Shown here in pieces: positions 44,950-57,961 of a stretch of 64,000 nt of DNA; position 1 is the first letter of the stretch; every line of letters begins with the position of its first letter. Position numbers and translations under genes: made by a program. Under the pieces are notes generated by a model. It saw only the letters and a list, made by a program, of their open reading frames with translations. It did not search any database and was not told where the DNA came from. The stretch spans positions 7,025 to 71,024 of the forward strand of contig PMSW01000095.1 of assembly GCA_003168215.1 (NCBI GenBank), read 5' to 3'. The DNA is from Actinomycetota bacterium (lineage in GTDB: Bacteria; Actinomycetota; Actinomycetes; Streptosporangiales; Streptosporangiaceae).

Positions 44950-45105
44950 ATGCAGAAGTGGGAGTACGCAACGGTGCCGCTGCTCGTCCATGCGACGAAG
45001 CAGATCCTGGACAACTGGGGTGAGGACGGGTGGGAGCTCGTGGCCGTGGTGCCCGGGCCTAATCCCGAGCAGCTCGTCGCCTACATGAAGAGGGGCAGGC
45101 CGTGA
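44950..45105 (+). CDS. Small DUF4177-like protein (51 aa)
   Basis: Below the ORF-track size cut-off. MQKWEYATVPLL...GEDGWELVAVVP. Its stop overlaps the RidA start. Confidence 0.6.
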   Translation: MQKWEYATVPLLVHATKQILDNWGEDGWELVAVVPGPNPEQLVAYMKRGRP

Positions 45106-45611
45106 GCATGGCCGGGAACTCAGCTCCGGCGGAGACCTCTTCCGGGGAGACCTCACCGGAGGACCGGCTGGCTGCCCTCGGCCTCAGCCTGCCGAAGGTG
45201 GTGGCTCCCCTTGCGGCCTACGTCCCCGCTGTGCTTACCGGGAACTACGTTTACACCGCCGGGCAGCTGCCGTTCGTGGACGGGGTGCTCCCTGCGACGG
45301 GCAAAGTCGGCGCCGGCGTGGGCACGGCGGAGGCCAGCGCGCTGGCGCGGATCTGCGCGCTGAACGCACTGGCCGCGGTCGTCTCGGTGACCGGCAGCCT
45401 CTCGGCCGTCCGCCGGATCGTGAAGGTGACGGGCTTCGTGGCCAGCGCTCCCGACTTCACCCAGCAGGCCCAGGTGGTGAATGGTGCGAGCGACCTGCTG
45501 ATCGAGGTCTTCGGCGAGGCCGGCCGGCACGCCCGCAGCGCCGTCGGCATGGCGGTCCTGCCGCTCGATACCCCGGTCGAGGTCGAGCTGATCGCCGAAG
45601 TCAGGAGCTAG
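45102..45611 (+). CDS. RidA/YjgF-family protein
   Basis: YVYTAGQLP...ARSAVGMAVLPLDTPVEVE pattern. Confidence 0.8.
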   Translation: MSMAGNSAPAETSSGETSPEDRLAALGLSLPKVVAPLAAYVPAVLTGNYVYTAGQLPFVDGVLPATGKVGAGVGTAEASALARICALNALAAVVSVTGSLSAVRRIVKVTGFVASAPDFTQQAQVVNGASDLLIEVFGEAGRHARSAVGMAVLPLDTPVEVELIAEVRS

Positions 45612-45638
45612 GCCGGCCGCAAGCGCAGGAGGCTCGTC

Positions 45639-46520
45639 GTGGAAGATCCCGCCAGCGGCCCGGCGATCCGGCTCCCGCGTGCGCTCGCCGGGCACGCTAG
45701 CGACGTCCTGGCGGGGCGGCTGCCGCCCGTCGTCCCGCGTGACGCGGCAACCGTGATGCTGCTGCGCGCCGCGCCGCCGGCCGCGGGCCGGCCGCCCGGT
45801 GCGGAGCACGGCATCGAGGTCTACATGCTCCGGCGCAAGTCCTCGATGGCATTCGCTCCCGGCGCGTTCGTCTTCCCCGGCGGCTCGGTCGATCCCAGGG
45901 ACGCCGACGAGGATGTCGCCTGGGCCGGCCCGGACGTCAGCGCATGGGGCCGGGTATTTGACGCCCCCGACGATCTGGCCAGGGCACTCGTCTGCGCCGC
46001 GGTCAGGGAGACCTTCGAGGAGTCCGGGGTGCTGCTGGCCGGGCCGTCGGCCGGGACCGTGGTGGCCGACACCAGCGGCGACGACTGGGAGTCCGACCGC
46101 AGCGCCCTGCTCGAGCGGTCGATCTCGCTCGCCGAGCTGCTCGGCCGGCGCCGCCTCGTGCTCCGCGCCGACCTGCTCAGGCCCTGGTCGCGGTGGATCA
46201 CGCCGGTGGTCGAGGAGCGGCGCTTCGACGCCAGGTTCTTCGCCGCCGCGATGCCAGCGGGCCAGCGGACCAGGGACGTCGGCGGCGAGGCAGCGCAGGT
46301 TACCTGGATCCGGCCCGCTGACGCGATCGCCGCCGGGCGTAACGAGGAGATCGTGCTGTGGCCGCCCACCGCCGTGACCCTCGCCGAGCTCGCCGCGTGC
46401 GGCACCGTGGCAGCGGCTCTCGCCGCGCCGCGGCAGGTCAGCCCGTTGTTGCCGGAGATCACGGTGAGCCAGGGCACGCCCTGGCTCACCCTCCCTGGAG
46501 AGCAGGAGTATCCGCTGTGA
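45639..46520 (+). CDS. NUDIX hydrolase
   Basis: AGGAGG RBS. Nudix box region GGSVDP...AAVRETFEESGV. Confidence 0.8.
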   Translation: MEDPASGPAIRLPRALAGHASDVLAGRLPPVVPRDAATVMLLRAAPPAAGRPPGAEHGIEVYMLRRKSSMAFAPGAFVFPGGSVDPRDADEDVAWAGPDVSAWGRVFDAPDDLARALVCAAVRETFEESGVLLAGPSAGTVVADTSGDDWESDRSALLERSISLAELLGRRRLVLRADLLRPWSRWITPVVEERRFDARFFAAAMPAGQRTRDVGGEAAQVTWIRPADAIAAGRNEEIVLWPPTAVTLAELAACGTVAAALAAPRQVSPLLPEITVSQGTPWLTLPGEQEYPL

Positions 46521-47362
46521 CCCCGGTGGCTTCCGGCGCAGCCCCGGACGCGGGCATTGACGGATCAGGGACGCCGCGGGCTCGCTGCGTGCTGGCGCCT
46601 AACCCGTCACCGATGACCCTGGACGGCACTAACACCTGGCTGATCGCCGAGCCGGGATCGGCCGCCGCCATCGTGGTCGACCCGGGACCTGAGGACGAAG
46701 GGCACCTGCGCCGGGTGCGCTCGATCGCGTCCGATGCGGGGCAGCGGGTGAGCCGGATCCTGCTGACACACGGGCACCGCGATCACTCGGCCGGCGCCCG
46801 GCGGCTCGCCGAGCTGACCGGCGCACCGGTGCTGGCGCTCGACCCGGCGCAGCGGCTGGGAACCGAAGGGCTAGGACCCGGCGACGTGGTGAGCGCCGCT
46901 GGCTGCGAGGTCCGCGTCATCGCCACGCCGGGCCATACCGCCGACTCGGTGTCTTTGCTGCTGGCGGCCGACGGCGCGGTGCTCACCGGGGACACCGTGC
47001 TCGGCCGCGGCACGACCGTGATCGCCCGCGATGGCAGCCTCGGCGACTACCTGGGCTCGCTGGACCGGTTGCGCTCGCTCGCCGACTCGGCGGCGCTGTC
47101 GGTGCTGCTGCCCGGCCACGGGCCGCTGCTCAGGCAGCCGGCCGCAACGCTCGACTACTACATCGCCCACCGCGCGGCGCGGCTCGCCGAGGTGCAGGAT
47201 GCTCTTGCGGCCGGGTGCACCTCGCCGGCCGATATCGTCGCGCGGGTCTACTCGGCCGTCGACCGCGGCTTGTGGCCGTACGCGCAGTGGTCGGTCCGTG
47301 CGCAGCTGGCCTACCTCGCAGAGCGCGGCCTGCTGCCCGAGCCGGACGGCCAGGCACTCTGA
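46517..47362 (+). CDS. MBL-fold metallo-hydrolase
   Basis: THGHRDH motif. GTGA overlap with the NUDIX gene. The track ORF from 46358 is over-extended. Confidence 0.85.
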   Translation: MTPVASGAAPDAGIDGSGTPRARCVLAPNPSPMTLDGTNTWLIAEPGSAAAIVVDPGPEDEGHLRRVRSIASDAGQRVSRILLTHGHRDHSAGARRLAELTGAPVLALDPAQRLGTEGLGPGDVVSAAGCEVRVIATPGHTADSVSLLLAADGAVLTGDTVLGRGTTVIARDGSLGDYLGSLDRLRSLADSAALSVLLPGHGPLLRQPAATLDYYIAHRAARLAEVQDALAAGCTSPADIVARVYSAVDRGLWPYAQWSVRAQLAYLAERGLLPEPDGQAL

Positions 47363-47437
47363 TCGCTCAGTCACCGTGATCGCTCAGTCACCGTGATCGC
47401 TCAGTCATTCCGATCGCTCAGTCACAGTGATCGCTTG
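47361..47437. repeat. 17-bp tandem repeat GATCGCTCAGTCACCGT, about 4.5 copies
   Basis: Copies at 47361, 47378, 47395 and 47412, with a partial copy at 47429. The array abuts the MBL stop and contains the crp stop. Confidence 0.9.
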
Positions 47438-48105
47438 CGCAGCCGCTCCGGCTCGATGAGCAGGACGGACTTCGCGGTCAGCTGCAGCCAGCCGCGCGCC
47501 GCGAAATCGGCCAGCGCCTTGTTGACCGTTTCCCGCGAGGCTCCGACCAGCTGGGCGAGTTCTTCCTGGGTGAGGTCGTGATTCACCTGAAGCCCGTCTT
47601 CGCGGACCTCGCCGAACCGGTCAGCCAGGTCAAGCAGGGCCTTGGCCACCCGGCCGGGCACGTCGGTGAAGACCAGGTCCGCCATCACGTCGTTGGCACG
47701 CCGGAGCCGCTGCGCGAGCGCCTGGAGCAGGTGCAGGGCAACGTCAGGACGGCCGGTCAGCCAGCTGCGCAGGTCGTCATGGGCAAGCGCGCCGAGGCGG
47801 CTGTCCGTGACGGCGATCGCGCTCGCCGTGCGGGGCCGCGGGTCGAAGAGCGAAAGCTCGCCGAACATCTCGCCGGGCCCGAGCACACTCAGCAGGTTCT
47901 CCCTGCCGTCGGCCGCGGCGCGAGTCAGCTTGATCTTGCCGTCGAGCACCACGTACAGCTGGTTGCCCGACGCCCCCTCCTCGAACACCCGGTCGGCGCG
48001 GGCAAGCTCGACGATGGTGACCCCTGCCTCCAGCGCCGCCGCGCTGTCATCATCGAGCGCCTCGAAGAGCGGCGCCCGCCTCAGCACGTCATCCGCGTGA
48101 TCCAC
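47422..48105 (-). CDS. crp: Crp/Fnr-family cAMP receptor protein
   Basis: cNMP-binding domain (GEMFGELSLFD, RTAS) and C-terminal HTH (TQEELAQLVGASRETVNKAL). Confidence 0.9.
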   Translation of the reverse strand: MDHADDVLRRAPLFEALDDDSAAALEAGVTIVELARADRVFEEGASGNQLYVVLDGKIKLTRAAADGRENLLSVLGPGEMFGELSLFDPRPRTASAIAVTDSRLGALAHDDLRSWLTGRPDVALHLLQALAQRLRRANDVMADLVFTDVPGRVAKALLDLADRFGEVREDGLQVNHDLTQEELAQLVGASRETVNKALADFAARGWLQLTAKSVLLIEPERLRKRSL

Positions 48106-48236
48106 GGGTGCCTCCTCGCCTGCGTTCGCTGCTCCTTACCCAGTGTCGCCCATTTGTGACCTGGGATCGATAGCCGGCCGCCGGCCCGAGCCGGGCAGCC
48201 GCCCGGCCGCCTGACAGCGGGGCGGCCGGCCAGCCG

Positions 48237-48737
48237 TCAGTGCGCCCCGTGGCCGCCGGCCGACCTGAGCCTCGCCCGGGACTCCTCGATCTCGGCCTCG
48301 GCGTCGGCCTTGCGCACCCAGGTAGCTGTCTCCACTTCCTTGCCGGGCTCCAGTGCCTTGTAAACCTCGAAGAAGTGCTGGATCTCCAGGCGGTCGAACT
48401 CCGAGACGTGCTCAATGTCGCTCAGATGCGCCATCCGGGGGTCGGTGGCGGCGACGCAGAGGACCTTGTCGTCGGCCCCCATTTCGTCCCGCATCCTGAA
48501 CATGCCGATCGCCCTGCAGTGGATCAGGCAGCCAGGGAAGGTCGGCTCGTCCAGGATCACCAGCGCGTCAAGCGGGTCGCCGTCGTCCGCGAGCGTGTCC
48601 TCGATGAATCCGTAGTCGGCGGGATAACGAGTCGACGTGAAGAGCATCCTGTCCAGCCGGATGCGCCCGGTCTCATGATCCATCTCGTACTTGTTGCGCT
48701 GCCCTTTCGGGATCTCGACGATCACATCGAATTCCAC
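48237..48737 (-). CDS. ppa: Inorganic pyrophosphatase
   Basis: [20 protein letters not shown] and DGDPLDALV motifs. GTG 48737 ([10 protein letters not shown]) is the likely start. Confidence 0.9.
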   Translation of the reverse strand: MEFDVIVEIPKGQRNKYEMDHETGRIRLDRMLFTSTRYPADYGFIEDTLADDGDPLDALVILDEPTFPGCLIHCRAIGMFRMRDEMGADDKVLCVAATDPRMAHLSDIEHVSEFDRLEIQHFFEVYKALEPGKEVETATWVRKADAEAEIEESRARLRSAGGHGAH

Positions 48738-48838
48738 GATTCCGCTCCCTGCGCCCGTAGATGATTGACTCCATTGCCGGGATGCCTGCCCGGTGCCCAG
48801 ACCGCCCGCGTTATCAGCATCTCGCGAAGGGAGGCGCA

Positions 48839-50272
48839 GTGACGAGCCGGCTCCGGCGCGTGGCACTGCTGGCCCTCGCGCTGCTGACCGTATTCACCAT
48901 CGGAGCGGGCGCCGCGGTCGCGCATCTGCTGCCCGCCCGCCTTGCCCTGTGGCAGATACCGCGGGTGGCCGTGCACCGGCTGGCAGCCGCTCGCCCGGTG
49001 CTCGCGGCGGCGGGAAATCCGCGCGGAAGGGCAGTAACGCCGGGCGGCCTGTCGGCCCGGCTCTCGGGAACGCTCGGGCTGCCTGCGCTGGGGCCGCACA
49101 CCGCCGCCGTCGTCGCGAACCTGTCATCTGGCCAGGTGCTCTTCGCACGGGACGGCAGTTCCCCGTTCGCGCCGGCATCGACGGCCAAGCTGGCGACGGC
49201 AGTCGCGGCCCTGGAGGTGCTCGGCCCGGCCGCCCGGTTCAGCACGCGGGTAGTGGCCGGCACTGCTTCATCGCCCGTCATCCTCGTCGGGGGCGGTGAT
49301 CCCACCCTGGCGGCAGGCCGCCCGCCTGCGGCGGACTACCCGCAGCCCGCGACGCTCGAGTCGCTGGCGGCGAAGACGGCGCGCGCGCTGCGCGCCAGGC
49401 ACCGCCACTCGGTGCGGCTGGGCTACGACACCTACCTCTACACCGGCCCGCTGCTGCCGCCGTCCTGGCCGGCCAGCTACGTCAGCACGGGAAACGTCAG
49501 CCCGATCACGTCTCTCGAGGTGGACCAGGGCAGGCTGACCCTCAGCGGGGCACCGCAGGACGCCGATGACCCGGGAAATCTCCGGCCCCGATCGGTCACC
49601 CCCGCGGCCGACGCCGCAGCCGCCTTCGGCTCGCTCCTCACCAGGCACGGGATCCGGGTGCTCGGGCCGGCGCGGCCGGCCGCGCCGGCGCCGGGGGACG
49701 TCACCATCGCCAGGGTCGCCTCTCCGCCGCTGGCCGAGATCGTGCAGTGGATGCTGATCGAGAGCAACAACGTGATCGCCGAGAACCTGGCCAGGCAGGT
49801 GGCGATCGCGACCAGGATGCCTGCCTCCTTCAGCGGTGCCGCCGCGGCCGTGACGGCGACCGACCGCAGGCTGGGAGTGCGCGGCATCCAGCTGGTGGAC
49901 GGGAGCGGGCTTTCCCCCGATGACAGGATCACCCCGCGCGCGCTTGTCCAGCTGATCATCCTGGCCGCCCGGCGCGGTGACTCCCGCCTCCGGCCGGTGA
50001 TCACCGGCCTGCCGATAGCGGGCTTTGCCGGGACGCTCGCCCCCGGCGGAAGCGTCTTCGGCGCTGCGGGCCCGGCTGCGCTCGGCCTGGTGCGGGCGAA
50101 GACGGGCAACCTGAACACCGTGGCGGCGCTGGCCGGAGTCGCCTACGCGAGCAACGGCCAGCTGCTGGGATTCGCCTTCATGGCCGACCGGGTACCCAAG
50201 AACGGCCTCATCCAGGCCGGCGGCGTCATCGACGAGCTCGCCACCGAGCTCGCAAGCTGCGGCTGCCGTTGA
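48839..50272 (+). CDS. dacB: D-alanyl-D-alanine carboxypeptidase/endopeptidase (PBP4, S13)
   Basis: GGGAGG RBS then GTG 48839. Signal/TM sequence, active-site SxxK as PASTAKL, SNN and KTG motifs. Confidence 0.85.
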   Translation: MTSRLRRVALLALALLTVFTIGAGAAVAHLLPARLALWQIPRVAVHRLAAARPVLAAAGNPRGRAVTPGGLSARLSGTLGLPALGPHTAAVVANLSSGQVLFARDGSSPFAPASTAKLATAVAALEVLGPAARFSTRVVAGTASSPVILVGGGDPTLAAGRPPAADYPQPATLESLAAKTARALRARHRHSVRLGYDTYLYTGPLLPPSWPASYVSTGNVSPITSLEVDQGRLTLSGAPQDADDPGNLRPRSVTPAADAAAAFGSLLTRHGIRVLGPARPAAPAPGDVTIARVASPPLAEIVQWMLIESNNVIAENLARQVAIATRMPASFSGAAAAVTATDRRLGVRGIQLVDGSGLSPDDRITPRALVQLIILAARRGDSRLRPVITGLPIAGFAGTLAPGGSVFGAAGPAALGLVRAKTGNLNTVAALAGVAYASNGQLLGFAFMADRVPKNGLIQAGGVIDELATELASCGCR

Positions 50273-50350
50273 GCTGCGGTTTGCTGAGCCGCCGCTGCCC
50301 AGCTGGCCGCCGGAGCCGGACCTTGCCACCGCGCCACGTACGGTGGAGGG

Positions 50351-51454
50351 GTGAGCAGCGCACAGATGATCGACTGGGATGTGGCCACATCAACCGGCGT
50401 CCGGTGGGCCAGGCCGGGCCCGGAGGTAAGCCGGGCGGAGGCAAGGAAGGTCGTGGCCGAGCTACGCGACCTCGCGGCTGCCGTCCAGGAGCCGGTGCGG
50501 CAGCTCACCGGGATGGCCGGCCTTGCCGATGGCGGCAAGATCGCCATCGTGGACCGCCCCGGGTGGATCCGCGCCAACGTGGACGGGTTCCGGGTCGTGC
50601 TTGACCCCCTGGTCGAGAAAATGCAGGAGCGGGCGGGCTCGCCCGGCGGATCGGTGATGACGGCCGTCGGCTCGCGCGTCACCGGCATGCAGGCCGGGCT
50701 GATCCTGGCCTACCTGGCCGGGCGGGTGCTCGGCCAGTATGAGCTGTTCCTGCCGCCCGACCCGAGCCTGCCGGAAACCACTGCCCCGGCAGGCCGGCTC
50801 ACCCTCGTCGCGCCGAACATCGTGCTGGTGGAGCGCGAGCTCGGCGTGGACCCGCATGACTTCCGGCGCTGGGTCTGCCTGCATGAGGAGACGCACCGGA
50901 CGCAGTTCACCTCCGTCAGCTGGCTCCGCCCCTACGTGCAGCAGCAGATGACCGAGTTCCTGCTGGCCTCGGACCTGGACCCCGCGTCGATCCTGGACCG
51001 GCTGCGCTCAGCTGCGGACGCGGTGGCGGGCGCGGTGCGCGGCGGCGAAGGCGAGAGCCTGATCGAGGCGATCCAGAATCCAAGGCAGCGGGAGATCCTG
51101 GAACGGCTCACCGCGGTGATGACGCTGGTGGAGGGACATGGCGACTACGTCATGGATGCCGTCGGGCCGAGCGTGGTGCCCTCGGTCGCCGATATCAGGG
51201 CGAAGTTCAGCGCCCGCCGCGGCAGCGCGGGCAGGCTGGAGCAGGTGATCCGCCGGATCCTCGGCATCGACCTGAAGATGAAGCAATACGAGCAAGGGGC
51301 GCGGTTCGTCCGTGCCGTGGTGGGCCAGGCGGGGATGGCGACCTTCAACAAGGTCTGGGAGTCGCCGGATACCCTCCCGTCCGGGGCCGAGATCGCCAAT
51401 CCGGCCAGCTGGCTCGAGCGGGTGGGCGGCAGCGGCAGCGCAGCCGCGGGCTGA
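50351..51454 (+). CDS. Zinc-dependent metalloprotease (DUF2342-type, HExxH)
   Basis: LHEETHRTQF motif. Conserved position between dacB and tilS. Confidence 0.8.
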   Translation: MSSAQMIDWDVATSTGVRWARPGPEVSRAEARKVVAELRDLAAAVQEPVRQLTGMAGLADGGKIAIVDRPGWIRANVDGFRVVLDPLVEKMQERAGSPGGSVMTAVGSRVTGMQAGLILAYLAGRVLGQYELFLPPDPSLPETTAPAGRLTLVAPNIVLVERELGVDPHDFRRWVCLHEETHRTQFTSVSWLRPYVQQQMTEFLLASDLDPASILDRLRSAADAVAGAVRGGEGESLIEAIQNPRQREILERLTAVMTLVEGHGDYVMDAVGPSVVPSVADIRAKFSARRGSAGRLEQVIRRILGIDLKMKQYEQGARFVRAVVGQAGMATFNKVWESPDTLPSGAEIANPASWLERVGGSGSAAAG

Positions 51455-51460
51455 CCGGTC

Positions 51461-52510
51461 GTGGGCCCCCATCCGGCGGTCGCGCAAGTGCGGCTCGGTG
51501 TCCGCCGGTCGCTGGCTGGCCTCGGCTCGGGTGACCTTGTCCTGGCCGCTTGCTCCGGCGGGGCGGATTCGCTCGCCCTGGCGGCGGCACTGGCGTTCGA
51601 GGCTCCCCGGCTTGGGCTGCGCTGCGGCGGGGTCACTGTCGATCACGGGCTGCAGGCCGGATCGGCGGAGCGCGCGCGCCGGGTGGCCGCGGCGCTGACG
51701 GCACTCGGCCTCGAGCCCGTGCAGAGTGTCCGGGTGACCCCGTCGGGGCCCGGCGGCCCGGAGGCGGCGGCGCGGGCTGCCAGGTACGAGGCGCTGGACG
51801 CCGCAGCCGCCCGCGCCGGCGCGGTATCGATCTTGCTTGGCCACACCCTGGACGACCAGGCCGAGACCGTGCTGCTCGGGCTGGCGCGCGGGTCCGGTGC
51901 CCGCTCGCTGGCGGGGATGGCCGCGCGGCGCGGGCGCTACCTGCGCCCGCTGCTGGCCGTCCGCCGGGCACAGACCAGGGCAGCCTGCGCTGCGCTGGGC
52001 CTTGAGCCCTGGGAGGATCCGCACAACCGTGATCCCGCGTATGCCAGGGCGCGGGTCCGCCACCAGGTGATGCCTGCCCTCACCGGCGCGCTCGGCCCCG
52101 GCATCGCCGAGGCCCTCGCGCGCAGTGCCTGCCAGCTGCGCGCCGACGCGGATGTCCTGGATGCGCTGGCGCAAGCAGAATTTGAACGGCTCCGGGGTGG
52201 TGACGGCGCATTCGAGACCGGCGGCCTTGCCGGGCTGCCCGGCGCGATCAGGGCGCGGGTGCTCCGGGCCGCCGCGACCGCGGCGGGCTGCCCGGCTGGT
52301 GCGCTGACCGCGCGTCATGTCGCGGGCCTGGACGCGCTGGTGACCGGCTGGCACGGGCAGCGCTGGACCGACCTGCCCGGCGGCGTCCGCGGGCTGCGGC
52401 GGTATGGCAAGCTGATCTTCACCGCGGGGCCGCGGGCCGGGGCCGGGCAGCCGGCCGGCCCGCCAGCGCGGAAGCCGGAAAACGCGGAGGGCGCGGGTGG
52501 ACGCGACTGA
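51461..52510 (+). CDS. tilS: tRNA(Ile) lysidine synthetase
   Basis: PP-loop motif ACSGGADS. Confidence 0.9.
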   Translation: MGPHPAVAQVRLGVRRSLAGLGSGDLVLAACSGGADSLALAAALAFEAPRLGLRCGGVTVDHGLQAGSAERARRVAAALTALGLEPVQSVRVTPSGPGGPEAAARAARYEALDAAAARAGAVSILLGHTLDDQAETVLLGLARGSGARSLAGMAARRGRYLRPLLAVRRAQTRAACAALGLEPWEDPHNRDPAYARARVRHQVMPALTGALGPGIAEALARSACQLRADADVLDALAQAEFERLRGGDGAFETGGLAGLPGAIRARVLRAAATAAGCPAGALTARHVAGLDALVTGWHGQRWTDLPGGVRGLRRYGKLIFTAGPRAGAGQPAGPPARKPENAEGAGGRD

Positions 52511-53066
52511 CATGGGTGCGGACCTCGAGGATGTGCTGATCACCCCCGAGCGGCTGCAGGCGCGCGTGCAGGAACTCGCGGCGCGAATAGACGCGGATTA
52601 CGCTGGACGCGAACTGCTGCTCGTCGGGGTGCTCAAGGGCGCGGTGATGGTGATGGCCGATCTGGCACGGGCCATGCACCTGCCGGTCCAGATGGACTGG
52701 ATGGCGGTCTCGTCCTACGGCTCGGGCACCAAGTCCTCCGGGGTGGTCCGCATACTCAAGGATCTGGACGCCGACATAACCGGCCGTCACGTGCTCGTCG
52801 TCGAGGACATCGTCGACTCCGGCCTCACCCTGTCCTGGCTGGTGGGAAACCTGCGCTCACGGGATCCCGCGTCCGTCCAGGTCTGCGTCATGCTCCGCAA
52901 GCCGGCCGCCGCTTCGATGGATGTCGAGGTGGCTTACACGGGCTTTGAAATCGACGACGCGTTCGTCATCGGCTATGGCCTCGACTATGCCGAGCAGTAC
53001 CGTAACCTGCCGTTCATCGGCACCCTCGCCCCGCACGTGTACGGCGGGGAACACATCTCGCGATGA
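52497..53066 (+). CDS. hpt: Hypoxanthine phosphoribosyltransferase
   Basis: PRPP-binding motif [13 protein letters not shown]. Confidence 0.9.
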   Translation: MDATDMGADLEDVLITPERLQARVQELAARIDADYAGRELLLVGVLKGAVMVMADLARAMHLPVQMDWMAVSSYGSGTKSSGVVRILKDLDADITGRHVLVVEDIVDSGLTLSWLVGNLRSRDPASVQVCVMLRKPAAASMDVEVAYTGFEIDDAFVIGYGLDYAEQYRNLPFIGTLAPHVYGGEHISR

Positions 53067-53289
53067 ATTACGTTCACGTCGTGAGAACGCTGTCAGGCGC
53101 CAGCCGGGCAGTGCCTTCTGCGTGTCGGCCACAGCCGGCGCGGTGTACCTTCGAATATCCCTGCGGATCAGCCGGGAAGACAAGGAAGCTGGGCGTGGTC
53201 ACTAGGACGCATGGCACTCCCGCCGGCAGTCGGCGGGAATGGACGCTCGCCTGGCGGGACCGGCCCCGGAGCTGCGGGGTCGTTCGCCG

Positions 53290-55391
<2,102 letters not shown>

Positions 55392-55395
<4 letters not shown>

Positions 55396-55976
55396 GCGGG
55401 AGGTTCGATCTGCCGCGGATCGAGCGCGCAGTACGGGAGATCCTGCTGGCGATCGGCGAGGATCCGGACAGAGACGGCCTCCGCGACACCCCGGCACGGG
55501 TCGCGCGAGCCTATGAGGAGCAGTTCTCCGGGCTGGGGCAGCAGCCCGAGAGCGTCCTTACCACGGTCTTCGACGCCGGTCACGACGAGATGGTCCTGGT
55601 ACGCGACATCGATGTATACGCCACCTGCGAGCACCATCTGATCCCGTTCTTCGGCGTCGCGCACGTTGGCTATATTCCGAACGAGAAGGGCCAGCTCACG
55701 GGGCTCTCCAAGCTCGCCAGGCTGGTGGATCTCTACGCCCGGCGGCCCCAGGTCCAGGAACGCATGACCAGCCAGATCGCCGATGGCCTGATGGGCGTGC
55801 TCGAGCCGGGCGGCGTCATCGTGGTGATCGAGGCCGAGCACCTGTGCATGGCCATGCGCGGAGTGCGCAAGCCAGGGGCGAGAACCGTGACCTCCGCAGT
55901 CCGGGGCAGCTTCCGCGACAACGAAAGCACCCGGGCGGAAGCGATGAGCCTGCTCCTCAGTCGCCGGGGCGGCTGA
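55392..55976 (+). CDS. folE: GTP cyclohydrolase I
   Basis: CEHHLIPF and EAEHLCM motifs. Confidence 0.9.
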
Positions 55977-56063
55977 CGCAGCGGTGGCCCGCCAGCACGC
56001 GTCCCCGCGTCCATTATCGTGTTTGCCCTCGCCGTATCTCGGCGATGACTACGCTGATGCCCC

Positions 56064-57944
56064 GTGATCAGGGGCTTGACCAACTTGTCTGAGATGACTG
56101 AACGCAGCGGGCCAGGCCCGGCAGCACCCACGTCCGGTGACGATGACCGATTCGCCAGGCGGTTCGCCATCCGCCTGCCGGATCGCAGGCATCAGCGGCG
56201 CTGGGTGCCGGTCGTGGCGGGCTGGCTTGCGCTGCTCATCGGTATTGCCGACGTCATCGAGGGCGCCGTCCCCAGCCTGTACGCGCACTACCGGCTGCAC
56301 CGCATCTTCGATCTGGCGCCGGGCACGCTGACCAATGTCACCCGAACCGCCGACGTCATTACCGGCCTGCTGCTGCTCATGCTGTCGCACGGACTGCGGC
56401 GGCGGAAGCGCCGCGCATGCCGGTCGGTGATCCTGCTGCTCGGCGCGAGCACCGTCCTGCATCTGGCGCACTACCCGCACATCGGCCGGGCCATCGTGAC
56501 CGCCGCGCTGCTCGTCGTGCTGCTCTGCTACCGGCGGGAGTTCTACGCGGTCGGCGATCCGCGCACCCGCTGGCGGACGCTGGCCGTGCTCGGCTGGCTG
56601 GTGCTGGCGGACCTCGCGATCGGCCTGAGCTACATCACGCTGGTCAGAGGGCTAAAGTCCGATTATTCCGTGATGCAGCGAGGGCAGTCCGTTATCTATG
56701 GCCTGTTCGGATTCTCTGGGCCCGTCCAGTTCCAGCCAGAGAGCCGCGGAGATCTTTTCGGCCTCCTGACCAGTGCGCTCGGCCTTTTCACGCTGATCGC
56801 GGCCGCGTACATGTTCCTCCGGCCGGCCGAGCCGCCCGGGCGGCTGAGCGGCCAGGACGTGGCCGGGATCAGGGAACTGCTCGACAGGTACGGCGCGCAG
56901 GACTCGCTGGGCTACTTCGCCCTCCGCGACGACAAGAGCATCATCTGGTCGCCGACCGGCAAGTCGTGTATCGGCTACCGGGTGCTGTCGGGTGTCATGC
57001 TGGCCGCCGGGGATCCCATCGGAGATCCCGAGGCGTGGCCGGGCGCGATCCACGCGTTCCTGGACGAGGCGGCCCGGCATGCCTGGGTTCCCGCCGTCGT
57101 GGGCTGCGGTGAGCTCGGCGCCGAGGTGTGGTGCCGCGAGGGCGACCTGACCGCCCTCGAGCTCGGCGATGAGGCGATCGTGGACGTGGCCGGGTTCTCC
57201 CTTGAGGGCAGGGCCATGCGCAACGTCCGGCAGATGGTGTCCAGGGTCTGCAGGCACGGCTATGTCGCGGAGTTTCACCGCACCGGCGACGTGCCGCGCG
57301 CGGAACTCGACAAGCTGATCAGGCAGGCCGACTCGTGGCGCGGCAGCCCGACCGAGCGGGGCTTCTCGATGGCGCTCGGCCGCGTCGGCGGCTGCGACGA
57401 CGGGCGCTGCGTGATCGCGACGGCCACCGAGAACGGCGTGCTGCGCGCGATCCTGCATTTCGTGCCCTGGGGATCCGACGGGCTCTCGCTCGACCTCATG
57501 CGCCGCGACCGGGCCGCGCAGCCGGGTCTTAACGACTTCCTGATCGTCGAAACCATTTCCCGCGCGCACGAGCTGGGCGTGAAGCGCATCTCGCTGAACT
57601 TCGCCGCCTTCCGCTCCGCCCTCGAGCGCGGTGAGCGGATCGGGGCCGGCCCGGTGCTCCGCGCCTGGCGCGGCATCCTGCTGTTCATGTCCCGGTGGTT
57701 CCAGATCGAGTCGCTCTACAAGTTCAACGCCAAGTTCAACCCGGACTGGGTGCCGAGATTCATGGTCTTCCCGAGCACCAGGGACACGCCCCGGATCGGC
57801 CTGGCGGCGCTCGAGGCTGAGGCGTTCCTGGTCTGGCCGAATCTGGAGGCGCGCAGGCTCGCGCGCAAGCTGGGGCACAAGCTGGGCCTGGGCAGGCTGC
57901 GGCGGCTGCGTCACGGCGGGCGGCGATCCCGGCCGACGGCGTAA
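56064..57944 (+). CDS. MprF/LysX-like membrane protein with DUF2156 (aminoacyl-phosphatidylglycerol synthase) domain, no LysRS domain
   Basis: Multi-TM N-terminus and a C-terminal GNAT-like DUF2156 pattern (LGYFALRDDKS..., FLIVETI, SLYKFNAKF). Confidence 0.75.
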   Translation: MIRGLTNLSEMTERSGPGPAAPTSGDDDRFARRFAIRLPDRRHQRRWVPVVAGWLALLIGIADVIEGAVPSLYAHYRLHRIFDLAPGTLTNVTRTADVITGLLLLMLSHGLRRRKRRACRSVILLLGASTVLHLAHYPHIGRAIVTAALLVVLLCYRREFYAVGDPRTRWRTLAVLGWLVLADLAIGLSYITLVRGLKSDYSVMQRGQSVIYGLFGFSGPVQFQPESRGDLFGLLTSALGLFTLIAAAYMFLRPAEPPGRLSGQDVAGIRELLDRYGAQDSLGYFALRDDKSIIWSPTGKSCIGYRVLSGVMLAAGDPIGDPEAWPGAIHAFLDEAARHAWVPAVVGCGELGAEVWCREGDLTALELGDEAIVDVAGFSLEGRAMRNVRQMVSRVCRHGYVAEFHRTGDVPRAELDKLIRQADSWRGSPTERGFSMALGRVGGCDDGRCVIATATENGVLRAILHFVPWGSDGLSLDLMRRDRAAQPGLNDFLIVETISRAHELGVKRISLNFAAFRSALERGERIGAGPVLRAWRGILLFMSRWFQIESLYKFNAKFNPDWVPRFMVFPSTRDTPRIGLAALEAEAFLVWPNLEARRLARKLGHKLGLGRLRRLRHGGRRSRPTA

Positions 57945-57961
57945 AACGTAGATTGGCGCTC

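Noticed and set aside
47361-47437. A CRISPR array
   Set aside because: The units are contiguous 17-mers with no spacers, there are only about 4.5 copies, and no cas genes are present in the window.
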